From Scyliorhinus canicula (Eukaryota): DNA of 64,000 bases. Shown here one piece after another: positions 11,440 to 24,400 of this stretch. Below the pieces are notes generated by a model that ran no database searches, was not told the origin of the DNA, and worked only from the letters and a program-made list of their open reading frames with translations. Position 1 is the first letter of the stretch, and each line of letters starts with the position of its first letter. Where the stretch lies: positions 19,689,952 to 19,753,951 of the forward strand of contig NC_052171.1 in NCBI RefSeq assembly GCF_902713615.1. The letters run 5' to 3'. The position numbers and the translations under genes were made by a program.

Positions 11440-13378
11440 CTTGTTTACAGGCAGGCATGTCCAGAGCAGCAACATTTGGTATAGGAAGAGAAAAAGATTG
11501 GTGAAGGCAAATGTAGGTCCCGTACAGTCAGACACAGGAATTTACAATAGGGAACAAAGAAATGGCTGATCAACACAATACGTATTTTGGTCCCGTCTTC
11601 ACAAAGGAGGGTGCGGATAACGTATCAGAAATGTTGGGCAGAACAGGGATTAGTGAGAAGGGGAAACTGAAGGAAATCAGCAATCGTAAGGAAATGGTGT
11701 TGGGAAAATCGAAGGTCGGGAAATTCCCAGGGGCTGATAATCTACATCCCAGAGTACTAGAAATAGTGGATGTGTAGGTGGTCATCTTCCAGGATTCTAC
11801 AGACTGCGGAACAGTTCCTGTAGATTGGAGGGTAGCTAATGTAACCCCACTGTTTAAAGAGGGAGGCAGAGAGAAAACAGGGAATTATAGACCAGTCAAC
11901 CTGATGTCGGTAGTGGGGAAAATTTGAGAGTCCATCATTAAAGATTTAATAGCAAGGGCAGCGCGGTGGCGCAGTAGTTAGCACTGCGGCCTCACAGTGC
12001 CGAGGTCCCAGGTTCGATCCCGGCTCCGGGTCACTGTCCGTGTGGAGTTTGCACATTCTCCCCGTGTCTGCGTGGGTTTCGCCCCCACAACCCAAAGATG
12101 TACAGGGCAGGTGGGATTGGCCACGCTAAATGGCCCTTTAATTGGAAAAAATGAATTGGGCACTCTAAATACACAAAAAGATTAATAGCAGAGCATTTGG
12201 GAAGTAGTGGCAGGATTGGACAGTCAGCATGGATGTATGAAGAGGAAATCGTGCTTGACAAATCTACTGGAATTCTTCGAGGATGTAACCAGTAGAGGTG
12301 ATGGGGGGGGGGGGGGGGGGGGGGCAGTGGATGCAGTTTATTTGGACTTTCAAAAGACTTTCGACAAAGTCCTACATAAGAGATTATTGTGTAAAATTAA
12401 AGTGCTTGGGATTAGGGGTAGTGTATGGGAAGGGATACAAAACTGTTGGCAGACAGGAAACAGAGTAGGAATAAACAAGTATTTTTCCAAATCGGCAGGC
12501 AGTGACTAATGGGGTACCGTAGGGATCGGTGTTGGGACCCCAGCCGTTTACAATATATATATTAATGATTCAGATGAGGGAACAAAATATAATATCTCCA
12601 AATTTGCAGATGACACAAAGTTGGGTGGGAGGGTGAGCTGTGAGGAGATGCTTCAGTGGGATTTGGATAGGCTGAGTGAGGGGGCAAATGAATGGCAGAT
12701 GTGATATAATGTGGATAAATGCGAGGTTATCCACTTTGGTAGCAAAAATAGGAAGGCAGATTATCTGAACGGCGATAGATTGAGATAGGAATGTGCAACG
12801 AGACCTGGGTGTCCTCTACACCAGTTGCTGAAGGTAAGCATGCAGCTACAGCTGACAGTAAAGAAGGCAAGTGGTATGTTTGCCTTCACAGCGAGGAGTA
12901 CAGGAGCTGGGATGTCTTGCAGCAATTATACAGGGCCTTGGTGAGGCCAGCCCTGGAATTTTGTGTACAGTTCGGGTCTCCTTATCTGGGGAAGGATGTT
13001 CTAGCTATAGAGGGAGAGCAGCGAAGGTTTACCAGGCTGGGATGGCAGGACGGACGTGCGAGGAGCGATCGAGTCGGGTAGGATTGTATTCGCTGGAGTT
13101 CAGAACACAGAGAGGAGACATTTCTTCACCCAGAGAGTGGTCAGCCTGTGGAATTCACTACCACAGGAAGCAATTGAGGCCACAACATTGCATGTTTTCA
13201 GGAAGCAGTTCGATACAGCACTTGGGGCGAAGGGGTCAAATGATAGGGGGGGGGGGGGGAACGGGGGAAGGTGGGATCAGGCTATTGAGTTGGATGATCA
13301 GCCATGATCAGAATGAATGGCAGAGCAGGCTCGAAGGGCTGAATGGCCTCCTCCTGCTCCTATTCTCTATGTTCCTAT
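11440..13378 (+). mobile_element. Degenerate CR1 ORF2 (RT) fragment with a nested SINE at 11956-12178
   Basis: Remnants of NYRPV, SQHG..KSCLTNLLEFFE, VYLDFQKTFDKV, KFADDTKLGG and FFTQRVV; the SINE is flanked by the duplication aagatt(t)aatagca. Confidence 0.88.
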
Positions 13379-13699
13379 TGAAATAAAAAAATCTAAAGAA
13401 ACAGGAAAAAAAAACAAGATCTCCCCATGCCTTTTTTTTTTGTCTGTCTCTACCCCAGGTCTACCTTCAACTGCATTTCTTTATGATCACTTAATGGACA
13501 AATATAAAAAAGTGGAAGAAAGATATTGGAAAGGGCTCAACAGGTTTCTTTTTGGTTTGGTTGTTGTTTTCCAGCATCAGAGTATAATATTGGAAGTACA
13601 AGCCAGGAGGAGGGCTTCGAAGGAAAAGAAAATAAGATTTCTTTCAGCAGAAGATTTGGGAAACTTTGGGAAGATTTGGGAAAGACATGGAGCTGCAAG

Positions 13700-14525
13700 T
13701 ATGCATATGGATGGGTTCGGAGAGCGGGCCAAAATGTGACAGCTACAGTTTAACGTGGATAAGTGTGAGGTCAGGCATTTTGGTTGGAAAACTGGGAAGG
13801 TAACTTATTATCTTAAAGGGTAGAGATTCCGGGGAGCTCTGATACAGAGGGATCTGGGTGTCCTTGTGCATCAGTCACAGAGAACCAGCTACAGATGCAG
13901 CAGGTAATAAGGAAAAAGAATGGAATGTTGGCATTTATAGCTAAAGGAATAGAGTATAAAGATAAGGAGGTGTCGTTGCAACAATACAAGGCATAGGTGA
14001 GACCGCACAAGGAGTATTGTGCACAGTTCTGTCCCTTATTTGAGGAGGGATGTAGTGGCAGTGGAGGCAGTTCAGAGGAGGTTCACCAGATTGATTCCAG
14101 AGATGGTGGGTTTATCGTATGAGGAGAGATTGAACAGTTTAGGCTGAGACTCTCTCAGAGTTTAGAAGAACGAGGGGAGATCTAATTGAGGTATACTAGA
14201 TGCTAAAAGTTATGGATAAAGTAGACGTGGAGCGGATGCTTCCTCTTGTTGCCATTCTAGAACGAGAGGTCACAGGCTCAGAATAAGAGGCAGCAAATTT
14301 GAAAGACGTGAGGAGAAACTACATCTCCCAAAGGGTTGTGAATCTCTGGAATTCGCTACCCCAGAGTGCGGAGGATGCTGGGACACTGAGTAAATTTAAG
14401 GAGGAGTTAGACAGATTTTTAATTAGTAATGGGGTTGAAGGGTTATGGAGAACGGGTAGGATGGTGGAGTTGATGCCAGGATAAGACCAGCCATGATCGA
14501 ATGGCAGAGCAGTCTCGATGGGGTG
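13700..14525 (+). mobile_element. CR1 ORF2 3' fragment
   Basis: Remnants of FNVDKCEV..HFG, VQRRFTRLIPEM and QRVVNLWNSLPQ with stop codons. Confidence 0.85.
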
Positions 14526-16387
14526 CCGCGGGGGACATACGTACCCATTATCTTTCTCAAATTTTCTGACCTCATATTGGGTTTGTCATGGGCCACTTGT
14601 AACATTTCATGGGCAAATTCACCTTTTGCCCCCATGTGGTTTTGAACCGTAAACGACCCTCTGTTTGTTAAGAACAGGGAGTTTCCCCAATCAACAGCAC
14701 AGAAACAGACCATCTGGTCATAGAACATACAGTGCAGGAGGCCATTCGGCCCATCGGGTCTGCATCGACCCACTTAAACCCTCACTTCCACCCTATCCCG
14801 TAACCCAGTAACGAAGAACAAAGAAAAGTACAGCACAGGAACAGGCCCTTCGGCCCTCCAAGCCTGTGCCGACCATGCTGCCCGTCTAAACTAAAATCTT
14901 CTACACTTCCTGGGTCCGTATTCCTCTATTCCCATCCTATTCATGTATTTACCCCTCCTAAGGGCAATTTAGCATGGCCAATCCACCCAACCTGCACGTC
15001 TTTGGACTGTGGGAGGAAAACGGAGCACCCGGAGGAAACCCACGCACACAGGGGGAGGACGTGCAGACTCCACACAGACAGTGACCCAGCGGGGAATCGA
15101 GCCTGGGACCCTGGAGCTGTGAAGCCACAGTGCTATCCACTTGTGCTACCGTGCTGCCATAATCACCGGGCTGTTTGTGGGAGCTTTCTGTGCACAAAGC
15201 GTCACACACACAGAGGGATAGAGAGACAGAGAAAGAGACAGAGAGAGAGAGACAGAGAAAGAGATAGAATCATAGAATTTGCAGTGCAGAAGGAGGCCAC
15301 TCGGCCCATCAAGTCTGCACCGGACCCTGGAAAGAGAACCCTAACCCCACCTCATTTTTGGACACTGAGGGCAATTTTAGCATGGCCTGCTTTCTGACTC
15401 TCCCACCCACCCCCGTGGTACAAAAGCATCCTCTTCGAAAGCAAGACAAGTCCTGGACTTGCCCAGAGCAAGGCAGCGAGAAGTGAACTGATCTCTTCAT
15501 GTTGCAGCTTTATCTAATTCTGTTTGCCGGCACTGAAAGATTTATCTCACGTTATTCTTTAACTCCCCCCAAAATTACAGTTGCTACTTGGTTGAGATAA
15601 GATTGCTGGCTTGGGGAAAACAAAGAGTTGCTCTGTTTCTCCGCAGTATCTGCGCTTGTTAAATGTTAAAAGAGATTTGAGATATTCGATAGCAATATGT
15701 AAACAAGGATTTCTGTCGGGCCTGGCCATCCGAGACGAGACTTTTAGTTTCTACTTTTTCTGAGGCCTGGTTGATAGGCTTGCTCTTTAGAATATAGAAC
15801 ATAGAACAGTACAGCACAGAACAGGCCCTTCGGCCCTCGATGTTGTGCCGAGCAATGATCACCCTACTCAAGTCAACGTATCCACCCTATACCCGTAACC
15901 CCAACAACCCCCCCCCCCATTAACCTTATATTTTTTAGGACACTAAGGGCAATTTAGCATGGCCAATCCACCTAACCCGCACATCTTTGGACTGTGGGAG
16001 GAAACCGGAGCACCCGGAGGAAACCCACACACACACGGGGAGGACGTGCAGACTCCGCACAGACAGTGTCCCAGCCGGGAATCGAACCTGGGACCCTGGA
16101 GCTGTGAAGCATTTATGCTAACCACCATGCTACCGTGCTGCCCCCCATCAGCCTGCACCGCCATTGCTCTCAATGTGATGTTTCACCTTCTTTGCTTTGA
16201 GCTCAAGAGATGTCGAGTGTGATGGCCTCCCTTGCTGTGACACACACACGGGTAGCTAAGCCCCTCCCTGCTGCACTTGACTTGACTTACATCGAGAACT
16301 TTCAACAAGGGAGAGCGCCCTTGACCAGAGAACCACGGAAAAGTTTCGGGCCCATTCGGCCCATCCTGTGTTCCCTGGCCTGAAATA

Positions 16388-16672
16388 GGCGGCACGGTGG
16401 CACAATGGTTTCTTCACAGCGCCAGGGTCCCAGGTTCGATTCCCGGCTTGGGTCACTGTCTGTGCGGAGTCTGCACGTTCTCCCCGTGTCTGCGTGGGTT
16501 TCCTCCGGGAGCTCCGGTTTCCTCCCACAAGTCCCCGAAAGACGTGCTTGTTAGGTGAATTGGACATTCTGAATTCTCCCTCCCTGTACCCGAACAGGCA
16601 CCGGAATGTGGCGACGAGGGGATTTTCACAGTAACTTCATTGCGGTGTTAATTATTGTAAGATTATTATTAT
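16388..16672 (+). mobile_element. Chimeric SINE: HE1-like head with the ...gaacaggcgccggaatgtggcgac... tail
   Basis: Sister copies at 31655-31915(+), 53592-53782(+) and 62080-62377(-). Confidence 0.82.
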
Positions 16673-16934
16673 TATGAGAGAAAGGAAACCAGGTGCTCGT
16701 TTCCACCCGGAAAATACTTTCACCCGAAACACCGCCAGTGCGCCTCACAGGAGTGCGAGCAACCGAATTCTACACGAGACGCAATGCTTGGTCGATGAGG
16801 AACTTGGCAAGGAGGAACTTGTTTTGTGTTGTTGCCAGGTTTGAGAGAGGATTTACCGCTTTCTGGCCTTGACGCCACCTCGTTGAGACTTTGCTTCCCT
16901 TCGACCGACTTAAGATCGTCGGTCTCGTTTTTGC

Positions 16935-17275
16935 GGTGGCGTGGCCCCTTTAAGAAGGCGGGCTCCACAGGCCACGTGACCGGCTCAGGGCCAATCACGT
17001 GGGAGTGTGTGAACTCTGGCCAATGGGGAGTTTGCACAGGGCTCTGGGAGCAGGGTCCCAGGGGGGTGAGGACCAGGGAGTTTGAAGTGTTCAGACCTGT
17101 TGTCAATAAAGCTCTTTGTTTGTATCTGGAAGCCGCCAGCCAGCACATTGGCAACGAGGTGAAAGTTTACAATGGCAGAGGGCTGATGTGACTGGAGGGA
17201 GGGAAGAAAGGAGCAGTTGAGAAAGCGGAGAAACTCCACCAAGAGTTGGGAACCATTCGACTGTGAGTGGAAATG
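16935..17275 (+). mobile_element. Degenerate LTR-retrotransposon 5' end (LTR, PBS and gag start?)
   Basis: Two CCAAT boxes, AATAAA at 17105, ...CA then TGGCAACGAGG at 17149, one mismatch from TGGCGACGAGG (complement of the tRNA-Ser(GCU) 3' end). Confidence 0.4.
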
Positions 17276-18285
17276 CCTGTCATTGATAAAGTAGAGCCAT
17301 TTGGCTAAAGGGTTGAGGTTATCAGTTTAACTCTCTCGTGGGGGGGGGCCTCTGTCTCTGCCTTCATAGCCAGGCTTGGCCAGCTGGCTGAGCATTGGCA
17401 GTTCGGGAGCATTAATGTTTGGGTGGTACCAGGGGTGAATGTACATTCCCCCCCCCCCCCGCCCCGCCCACAATCTGGATCAGAATCAAACTTGAGCTCC
17501 TGCTGCCCACGTTCACCAGCCCTCCACCAATAACCCTGAATTCACCTCCTAGGAACCACTCTATTGGATCGAGCTTTCAAATCCCTGGAGTCCTGTGTGC
17601 AGCTCTGGTCTGTATGTTTGAGGAAGGATTGATCCACTGACACTGGACACAGGACAGGGCAGGTTCACGGTGATAGGCCCCAGCGGTTAGGGAGTTGAGC
17701 TCTGATCTCTGGAGTTCAGAAGGATGGGAGGTGACCTCATTGAGGCATGCCTGATGCTCAGAGGGTTTGACTGAGGAGACCGAGAGATTGTTTCCTTGGC
17801 TGGGGAATTGAAGCCACGAAGGGGGGGGGGGGGGGGGGTGCAGAGTCGCAGGGTAAGGGGCTGATCATTTCGGACTGCGATGAAGAGAAAAATCTTCATT
17901 TGGATGGCTGTGAATCTTGGACATTCCCTACCCCAGTCTGTTGTGGATGCCTCACGTTTGACCCTGTTTAAGGCCGATGGAGAGATTTTCTTGGTCTCGG
18001 GGAATTAAGGGATCGGGGGTACGGGCAGGAAGGCTGAAGCCTGACATCAGCGATGGTCAATGGCAGAACGGGCCCAGTACTCCTGCCCGCTCTGGCCTTG
18101 CGTGTCTGGCTGGAGTAACCAGTGAGTCCTTGCTCGAGACAGCCCCAGTGGGTGACTGGTCTGAATATCGAGTGGACCTTGGAGTTGAGCGGCGGAAATC
18201 TTCAGCCTTGGGTTGAATTTCAGTGAGGAGAAAGTCTCTGACAGAAAGGATCGGTAAGGAAGGCAATGGGAAATCATTTCAGCTG

Positions 18286-19119
18286 TGTGGTGATATGCAT
18301 CGCTGTAAATACACAAGGGGTTAATGTAAACACACGTAGACTAGATAGACACTAGAGGGAGCACCAGAGACATGACACACAGACACTCAACCAATAGGTC
18401 AGTAAGATAGGACACGACCAATGGGCATTCACGATACACACAGAGGTGACACTACCACAGGAGGGCATTACACCAACCCATATATAAAGGACACAGCACA
18501 CATGATCTTCCTCTTTCCAGTGGAGACACTCAGTGAGTACAGACACAGGGTTGATTCAACATCACACCCACCATGTGGATTGTAGCAGACTGGTTCGTCA
18601 GTCTGGGTAGCTATAGTAGGATTAACAGGAGAGTCGAATCCAAGTAGAAGAATTGTTAGTAGTTCAATAAACGTGTTGAAGCTATCTCCAAGTCTGAATC
18701 TTCCTTTGTCAGAGTGCACATCAAGGACATAGAACATAGAACATAGAACAGTACAGCACAGAACGGGCCCTTCGGCCCTCAATGTTGTGCCGAGCAATGA
18801 TCACCCTACTCAAACCCACGTATCCACCCTATACCCGTAACCCAACAACCCCCCCCCAACCTTACTTTTAAGGACACTACGGGCAATTTAGCATGGCCAA
18901 TCCACCTAACCCGCACATCTTTGGACTGTGGGAGGAAACCGGAGCACCCGGAGGAAACCCACGCACACACGGGGAGGCCGTGCAGACTCCGCACAGACAG
19001 TGACCCAGCCGGGAATCGAACCTGGGACCCTGGAGCTGTGAAGCATTTATGCTAACCACCATGCTACCGTGATGCCCCTAAGGAAGCAGCTATTGCTACG
19101 TCAAGAGCATAACAAGACA
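18286..19119 (+). mobile_element. Solo LTR (Gypsy-like) with a SINE inserted at 18728-19079
   Basis: TG...CA ends; 5-bp TSD AGCTG (18281-18285 and 19120-19124); two CCAAT boxes, TATATAAA at 18481, AATAAA near 18666; the SINE has its own AAGGA TSD. Confidence 0.88.
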
Positions 19120-20266
19120 AGCTGCCCCTCTCTCAGACTCTCCCTCTCTCAGATAGTTCAATGTTCTTGTGTCTCGAGACTCCGCTAGAGGCTGCACTTG
19201 AGACCAGAGCAGGCCTGGAGTGATTGAAGACCTGCCCTGCAATGAAGACCTGGCCTGGTGAGTGTGAAACGCAGCAGGCACCTGGACCCCTCTCCTCCAG
19301 GGCAGGTAGTGGTGGGCAATAAATGTTGGCTGGGCTGACCACACCCAGCACTCGTGAAAGAATCAACTTGTTCCAATCTCCAGAATCCTGCCTGTTTGGC
19401 TTCTTTAATTGGGTCATTTGAGGCCCACACGGCCTCTGTGATATCCAGCGAGACGTGCCAATCAATTGCGGAGTTGGGAGAGTGGTGTGTGTGTGCACAA
19501 TCAAACTCATTGTGATCGAAGATAAACGGCAGGGAAGTCATCTGGAACGTTATAAGGGTAATCTGCCCAGCGTTTCACATTTCGAAAGCCGGTCTCACAA
19601 GATAACGCAGCATCCCAGAAGGAGAACGAGATGGTATCAGGGAAAGATAGCGAGTGCAACATGCATGGAGTTGTCTAATCTCACATTGCCGAATGTTGCC
19701 TGGAACAAGAGGAAGGTTGAGACACACAGGAGAGGAGAGGCTCAAAGAGCAGATGGTGTTAGTGAACATCAACAAACCGGTTAGTTTATAAATTCTCCAC
19801 ACGTACGCCGCCCACAGGTAACGGCACCAGGGCAAGGCGATCTGTGTGGAACAACAACAACAACAACTTGTGATTGTGCAGCACCTCATGCCACAGCAAT
19901 GGGGACTGAGCCACGTCAAGACGGGGGGAGTTGTTTTTTTAAAATTTAGAATTCCAATTTTTCCAATCGAGGGGCAATTTAGAGTGGCCAATCCACCTAC
20001 CCTGCACATCTTTGGGTCGTGGGGGGTGAAACCCGCGCAGACACGGGGAGAATGTGCAAACTCCACACGGACAGTGACCCAGAGCCGGGATCGAACCTGG
20101 GACCTCAGCGCCGTGAGGCAGCAGTGCTAACCACTGCGTCACCGTACCGCCCAGTTTTATTCTGATTAGTGGAGTCAGTCAAACAAAATTTTTGTCACTG
20201 TTCACTGGCTTTCTTATTCACTCACAATCTCTCAGTTCTTTGAGAAAAAAAATAGATGGTGAAAGT

Positions 20267-20613
20267 GGGCAGCACGGTAGCATGGTGGTTAGCACAATCG
20301 CTTCACAGCTCCAGGGTCCCAGGTTCGATTCCGGCTTGGGTCACTGTCTGTGCGGAGTCTGCATATCCCCCCCGTGTGTGCGTGGGTTTCCTCCGGGTGC
20401 TCCGGTTTCCTCCCACAGTCCAAAGATGTGCAGGTTAGGGTGGATTGGCCAAGATAAATTGCCCTTAGTGTCCAAAATTACTCTTAGTGTTGGGTGGGGT
20501 TACTGGGTTATGGGGATAGGGTGGAGGTGTTAACCTTGGGTAGGGTGCTCTTTCCAAGAGCCGGTGCAGACTCGATGGGCTGAATGGCCTCCTTCTGCAC
20601 TGTAAATTCTATG
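20267..20613 (+). mobile_element. HE1-like SINE with ...gatgggc(c/t)gaatggcctccttctgcactgtaaattctatg tail
   Basis: Sister copy at 58024-58361; isolated tail at 331-391. Confidence 0.88.
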
Positions 20614-21159
20614 TAAATAAGTATTTGATAGGATTGATAGAGAGGAATAATTTCGCTGGCAGGGAGATTCTAGAACAAGGAGAGGCAGAACTTTCACATG
20701 GGTGTTAGAACATAGAACATAGAACAGTACAGCACAGAACAGGCCCTTCGGCCCTCGATGTTGTGCCGAGCCATGATCACCCTACTCAAACCCACGTATC
20801 CACCCTATACCCGTAACCCAACAACCCCCCACCCCTTAACCTTACTTTTTAGGACACTACGGGCAATTTAGCATGGCCAATCCACCTAACCCGCACATCT
20901 TTGGACTGTGGGAGGAAACCGGAGCACCCGGAGGAAACCCACGCACACAGGGGGAGGACGTGCAGACTCCACACAGACAGTGACCCAGCCGGGAATCGAA
21001 CCTGGGACCCTGGAGCTGTGAAGCATTTATGCTAACCACCATGCTACCGTGCTGCCCCAGCTGGTGTTGGGCTCATCATTTCTTTCATGGCCAGGGGATG
21101 GAATCCAGAACCTCTCCCCACCCCCCCTCCAAACTGTTTGATGGATTTTAGTTGGGCAA

Positions 21160-22830
21160 GGGTTAGTAGGTGAGTTACTCACGGCAGGATTCCCAACCTC
21201 TGACCTGCTCAGAGTGTCATAGAATCGCTAGAAGGTGGCCTTTTGGCCCATTGAGTCTGCACCGACTCTCTGAAAGAGCGCCCTACCTAGGCCCACTCCC
21301 TGTAAATCCACCAACCTTTAGGACACTAAGGGGCAACTTTAGCATGGCCAATCCACCTAACCTGCACATCTTTGGACTGTGGGAGGAAACCCACGCAGAC
21401 ACGGGGAGAACGTGCAAACTCTACACAGTCACCCGAGGTTGGAATTGAACCTGGGACCCTGGTGCTGTGAGGCAGTAGTGCTAACCACAGTGTCACCGTG
21501 CCGCCCTATCTGCCACCGTATTTATGTGGCGCGTCCAATTCAGTTCTGTTTCTGATCAATGGTAACCCCCAGGATGTTGATTGTGGGGGATTCAGCGATG
21601 GTAACGCCATTGAATGTCAAGGGACGCTAGTTAAATCCTCTCTTGTAGGAGATGGTCATTGCCTGGCACTTGTGTGGCGTAGATGTAACTTGCCACTTGT
21701 CAGCCCCAAGCCTGGATATTGTCCATAGAGAACATAGAACAGTACAGCACAGAACAGGCCCTTCGGCCCTCAATGTTGTGCCGAGCCATGATCACCCTAC
21801 TCAAACCCACGTATCCACCCTATACCCGTAACCCAACAACCTCCCCCTTAACCCTACTTTTATTAGGACACTACGGGCAATTTAGCATGGCCAATCCACC
21901 TAACCCGCACATCTTTGGACTGTGGGAGGAAACCGGAGCACCCGGAGGAAACCCACGCACACAGGGGGAGGACGTGCAGACTCCACACAGACAGTGACCC
22001 AGCCGGGAATCGAACCTGGGACCCTGGAGCTGTGAAGCATTTATGCTAACCACCATGCTACCCTGCTGCCCCTTGTCCAGGTCTTGCTGCGTTTGGACAT
22101 GGACTGCTTCATTATCTGAGCAGTTGCGAATGGTGCTGAACATTGTGTAGTCATCCGCAAACACCCCCACTTCTGACCTTTGGAAGGAAGGAAGGTCATT
22201 GATGAAGCAGCTGAAGATGGGTGGGCCGAGAACCGAGGACTGCTGTAGCGATATCCTGGGACTGAGATGATTGACCTCCAACCACCACACCCATCTTCCT
22301 TTGTGCCAGGAATGACTCCAACCAGCGGAGAGTTTCCCCCCTGATTCCTATTGCCTCCAGTTTAGCTCGCGCTCCGTGATGCCACACTCTGTCAAATGCT
22401 GCCTTGGTGTCAAAGGGCAGTCACTCACCTCACCCCTGGCATTCAGCTCTTTTGTCCATGTTTGAACCAAGGCTGCAATGAGGTCAGGAGCTGAGTGACC
22501 CTGGGCGGAACCCAAACTGAGTGTCCGTGAGCAGGTTATTGCTGAGTAAGTGCTGTGTGATAACACTGTTGATGACTCCTTCCATCAGTTAGCTGATGAT
22601 GGAGAGTAGAGTGATAGGGCGGTAATTGGCTGGGTTGGATTTGTCCTTTTTGTGTACAGGACACACCTGGGCAATTTTCCACATTGCCGGGTAGATGTTA
22701 GCGTTGTAGCTGTCCTGGAACAGCTTGGCTAGGGGTGCGGCAGATTCTGGACAAGTCTTCAGTACGATTGCCAGAATATTGTCAGGGCCCAGAGCCTTTG
22801 CAGTATCCAGCGCCTTCAGCCATTTCTTGG
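21160..22830 (-). mobile_element. Degenerate CR1/L2-group LINE RT fragment interrupted by two SINEs
   Basis: SVLGPPIFSCFINDLPS...VGVFADD and GHSAPDLIAALVQTWTKELN remnants. Confidence 0.8.
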
Positions 22831-22951
22831 CATCACGTGGAGTGAATCATCTGTGAGGTTGGGGGCCTCCCAGAGGAGACCCAGATTGGCTGAGATATTT
22901 CTGGTATTACAGGAGTGACTGCACTTCAGAAAAACCTGTCCTTGGCTGAAA

Positions 22952-23263
22952 GAGGCTTTGCTGCGTCTGACTGTTGGGGAAGGTATGGAAGAGGCTTTGC
23001 TGCGTCTGACTGTTGGGGAAGGTATGGAAGATGCTTTGCTGCGTCTGACTGTTGGGGAAGGTATGGAAGAGGCTTTGCTGCGTCTGACCGTTGGGGAAGG
23101 TATGGAAGACGCTTTGCTGCGTCTGACTGTTGGGGAAGGTATGGAAGACACTTTGCTGCATCTGACTGTTGGGGAAGGTATGGAAGACGCTTTGCTGCGT
23201 CTGACTGTTGGGGAAGGTACGGAAGACGCTTTGCTGCCTCTGACTGTTGGGGAAGGTATGGAA
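22952..23263. repeat. Minisatellite, 39 bp x 8
   Basis: Unit gaggctttgctgcgtctgactgttggggaaggtatggaa. Confidence 0.95.
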
Positions 23264-24199
23264 GAAATACAGGCCTTTTTGTCGAGAAGTGTCGATGAGA
23301 GAATGATTTGCTTCAGGCTGTAAAAGTTTATTTTTATGTGGACCAACTATTTGAACAAAGAATGATGAAGAAGGCTTGGGGGGGGGGGATCAAGCCCATC
23401 ACGTCCACGTTGGCAGTGGATAGATTCTTGGTAGGCAAGGGAGGGGTGACAGGTCATCGGGGGGGGGGGGGGGGGGGGAGGGTGAGAATGTGTGGTTGAG
23501 GTTACACTCCCATCAGTCCCGATCATGTTGACTGGTGGAGCAGGTTCGAGGGGCCGAATGGCTGACTCCCCCCCCCTCCCCTCACCCCTGCTTCCTGGTC
23601 GGAGATGAGTGCCAGGCACAGAGTGGATGTTGGGAAGATTGTGTTTTGCCAGGGCAGTGGGGTGCTCAGTTGGCAGCTCAATGTGTAGCACAGGCACTCC
23701 CTGAATCCCCCAAAGTCCCTCAACGGCAGGGGCTGGTTTAGCTCACTGGGCTAAACCGCTGGCTTTGAAAGCAGACCAAGGCAGGCCAGCAGCACGGTTC
23801 GATTCCCGTACCAGCCTCCCCGAACAGGCGCCGGAATGTGGCGACTAGGGGCTTTTCACAGTAACTTCATTGAAGCCTACTCGTGACAATAAGCGATTTT
23901 CATTTCAAATCGTCCGATGGTTGCCTCTTGTGTTGCACTTCAGCCAGTTAATCTGCTCTTTTCATCGTCTGGGATCATTGCATGCTGCCTGTTGGTGCAT
24001 CGGTAATCCACAGGCTTTGCTTAGTTACCACACCAGGTGGAAGTGCTTGAGACAAATTGGAACAATACTGGAGGAAGAGTTGGAGAGGTGGATTGGGACT
24101 GCCATAATGAAGGGATGTTTTCCACACTTTATCACCCTGAAGCGGCCTCGTGGAGATGCACCCTCAATACCACTTTGAACAGTAAGTCAGGGTTTATCA

Positions 24200-24400
24200 A
24201 GTAAGAAGTCTTACAACACCAGGTTAAAGTCCAACAGGTTTGTTTCAAACACGAGCTTTCGGAGCGCGGCTCCTTCTTCAGGTGAAGAAGGAGCCGCGCT
24301 CCGAAAGCTCGTGTTTGAAACAAACCTGTTGGACTTTAACCTGGTGTTGTAAGACTTCTTACTGTGCTCACCCCAGTCCAACGCCGGCATCTCCACATCA
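24200..24400. mobile_element. Penelope-like pseudo-LTR insertion forming a perfect 81-bp inverted repeat
   Basis: Arms 24200-24280 and 24283-24363 plus a 37-bp tail; TSD agggtttatcaa (24189-24200 and 24401-24412). Confidence 0.85.
24250..24284 (-). ncRNA. Minimal type I hammerhead ribozyme motif (Penelope type)
   Basis: CAC-CUGAAGA-A-GGAGC(CGC)GCUCC-GAAA-GCUC-GUG: catalytic boxes, 5-bp stem II, palindromic AGCU stem III, 3-bp stem I. Confidence 0.7.

Noticed and set aside
19455-19784. 109-aa ORF as a coding exon
   Set aside because: No recognisable homology and no convincing acceptor.
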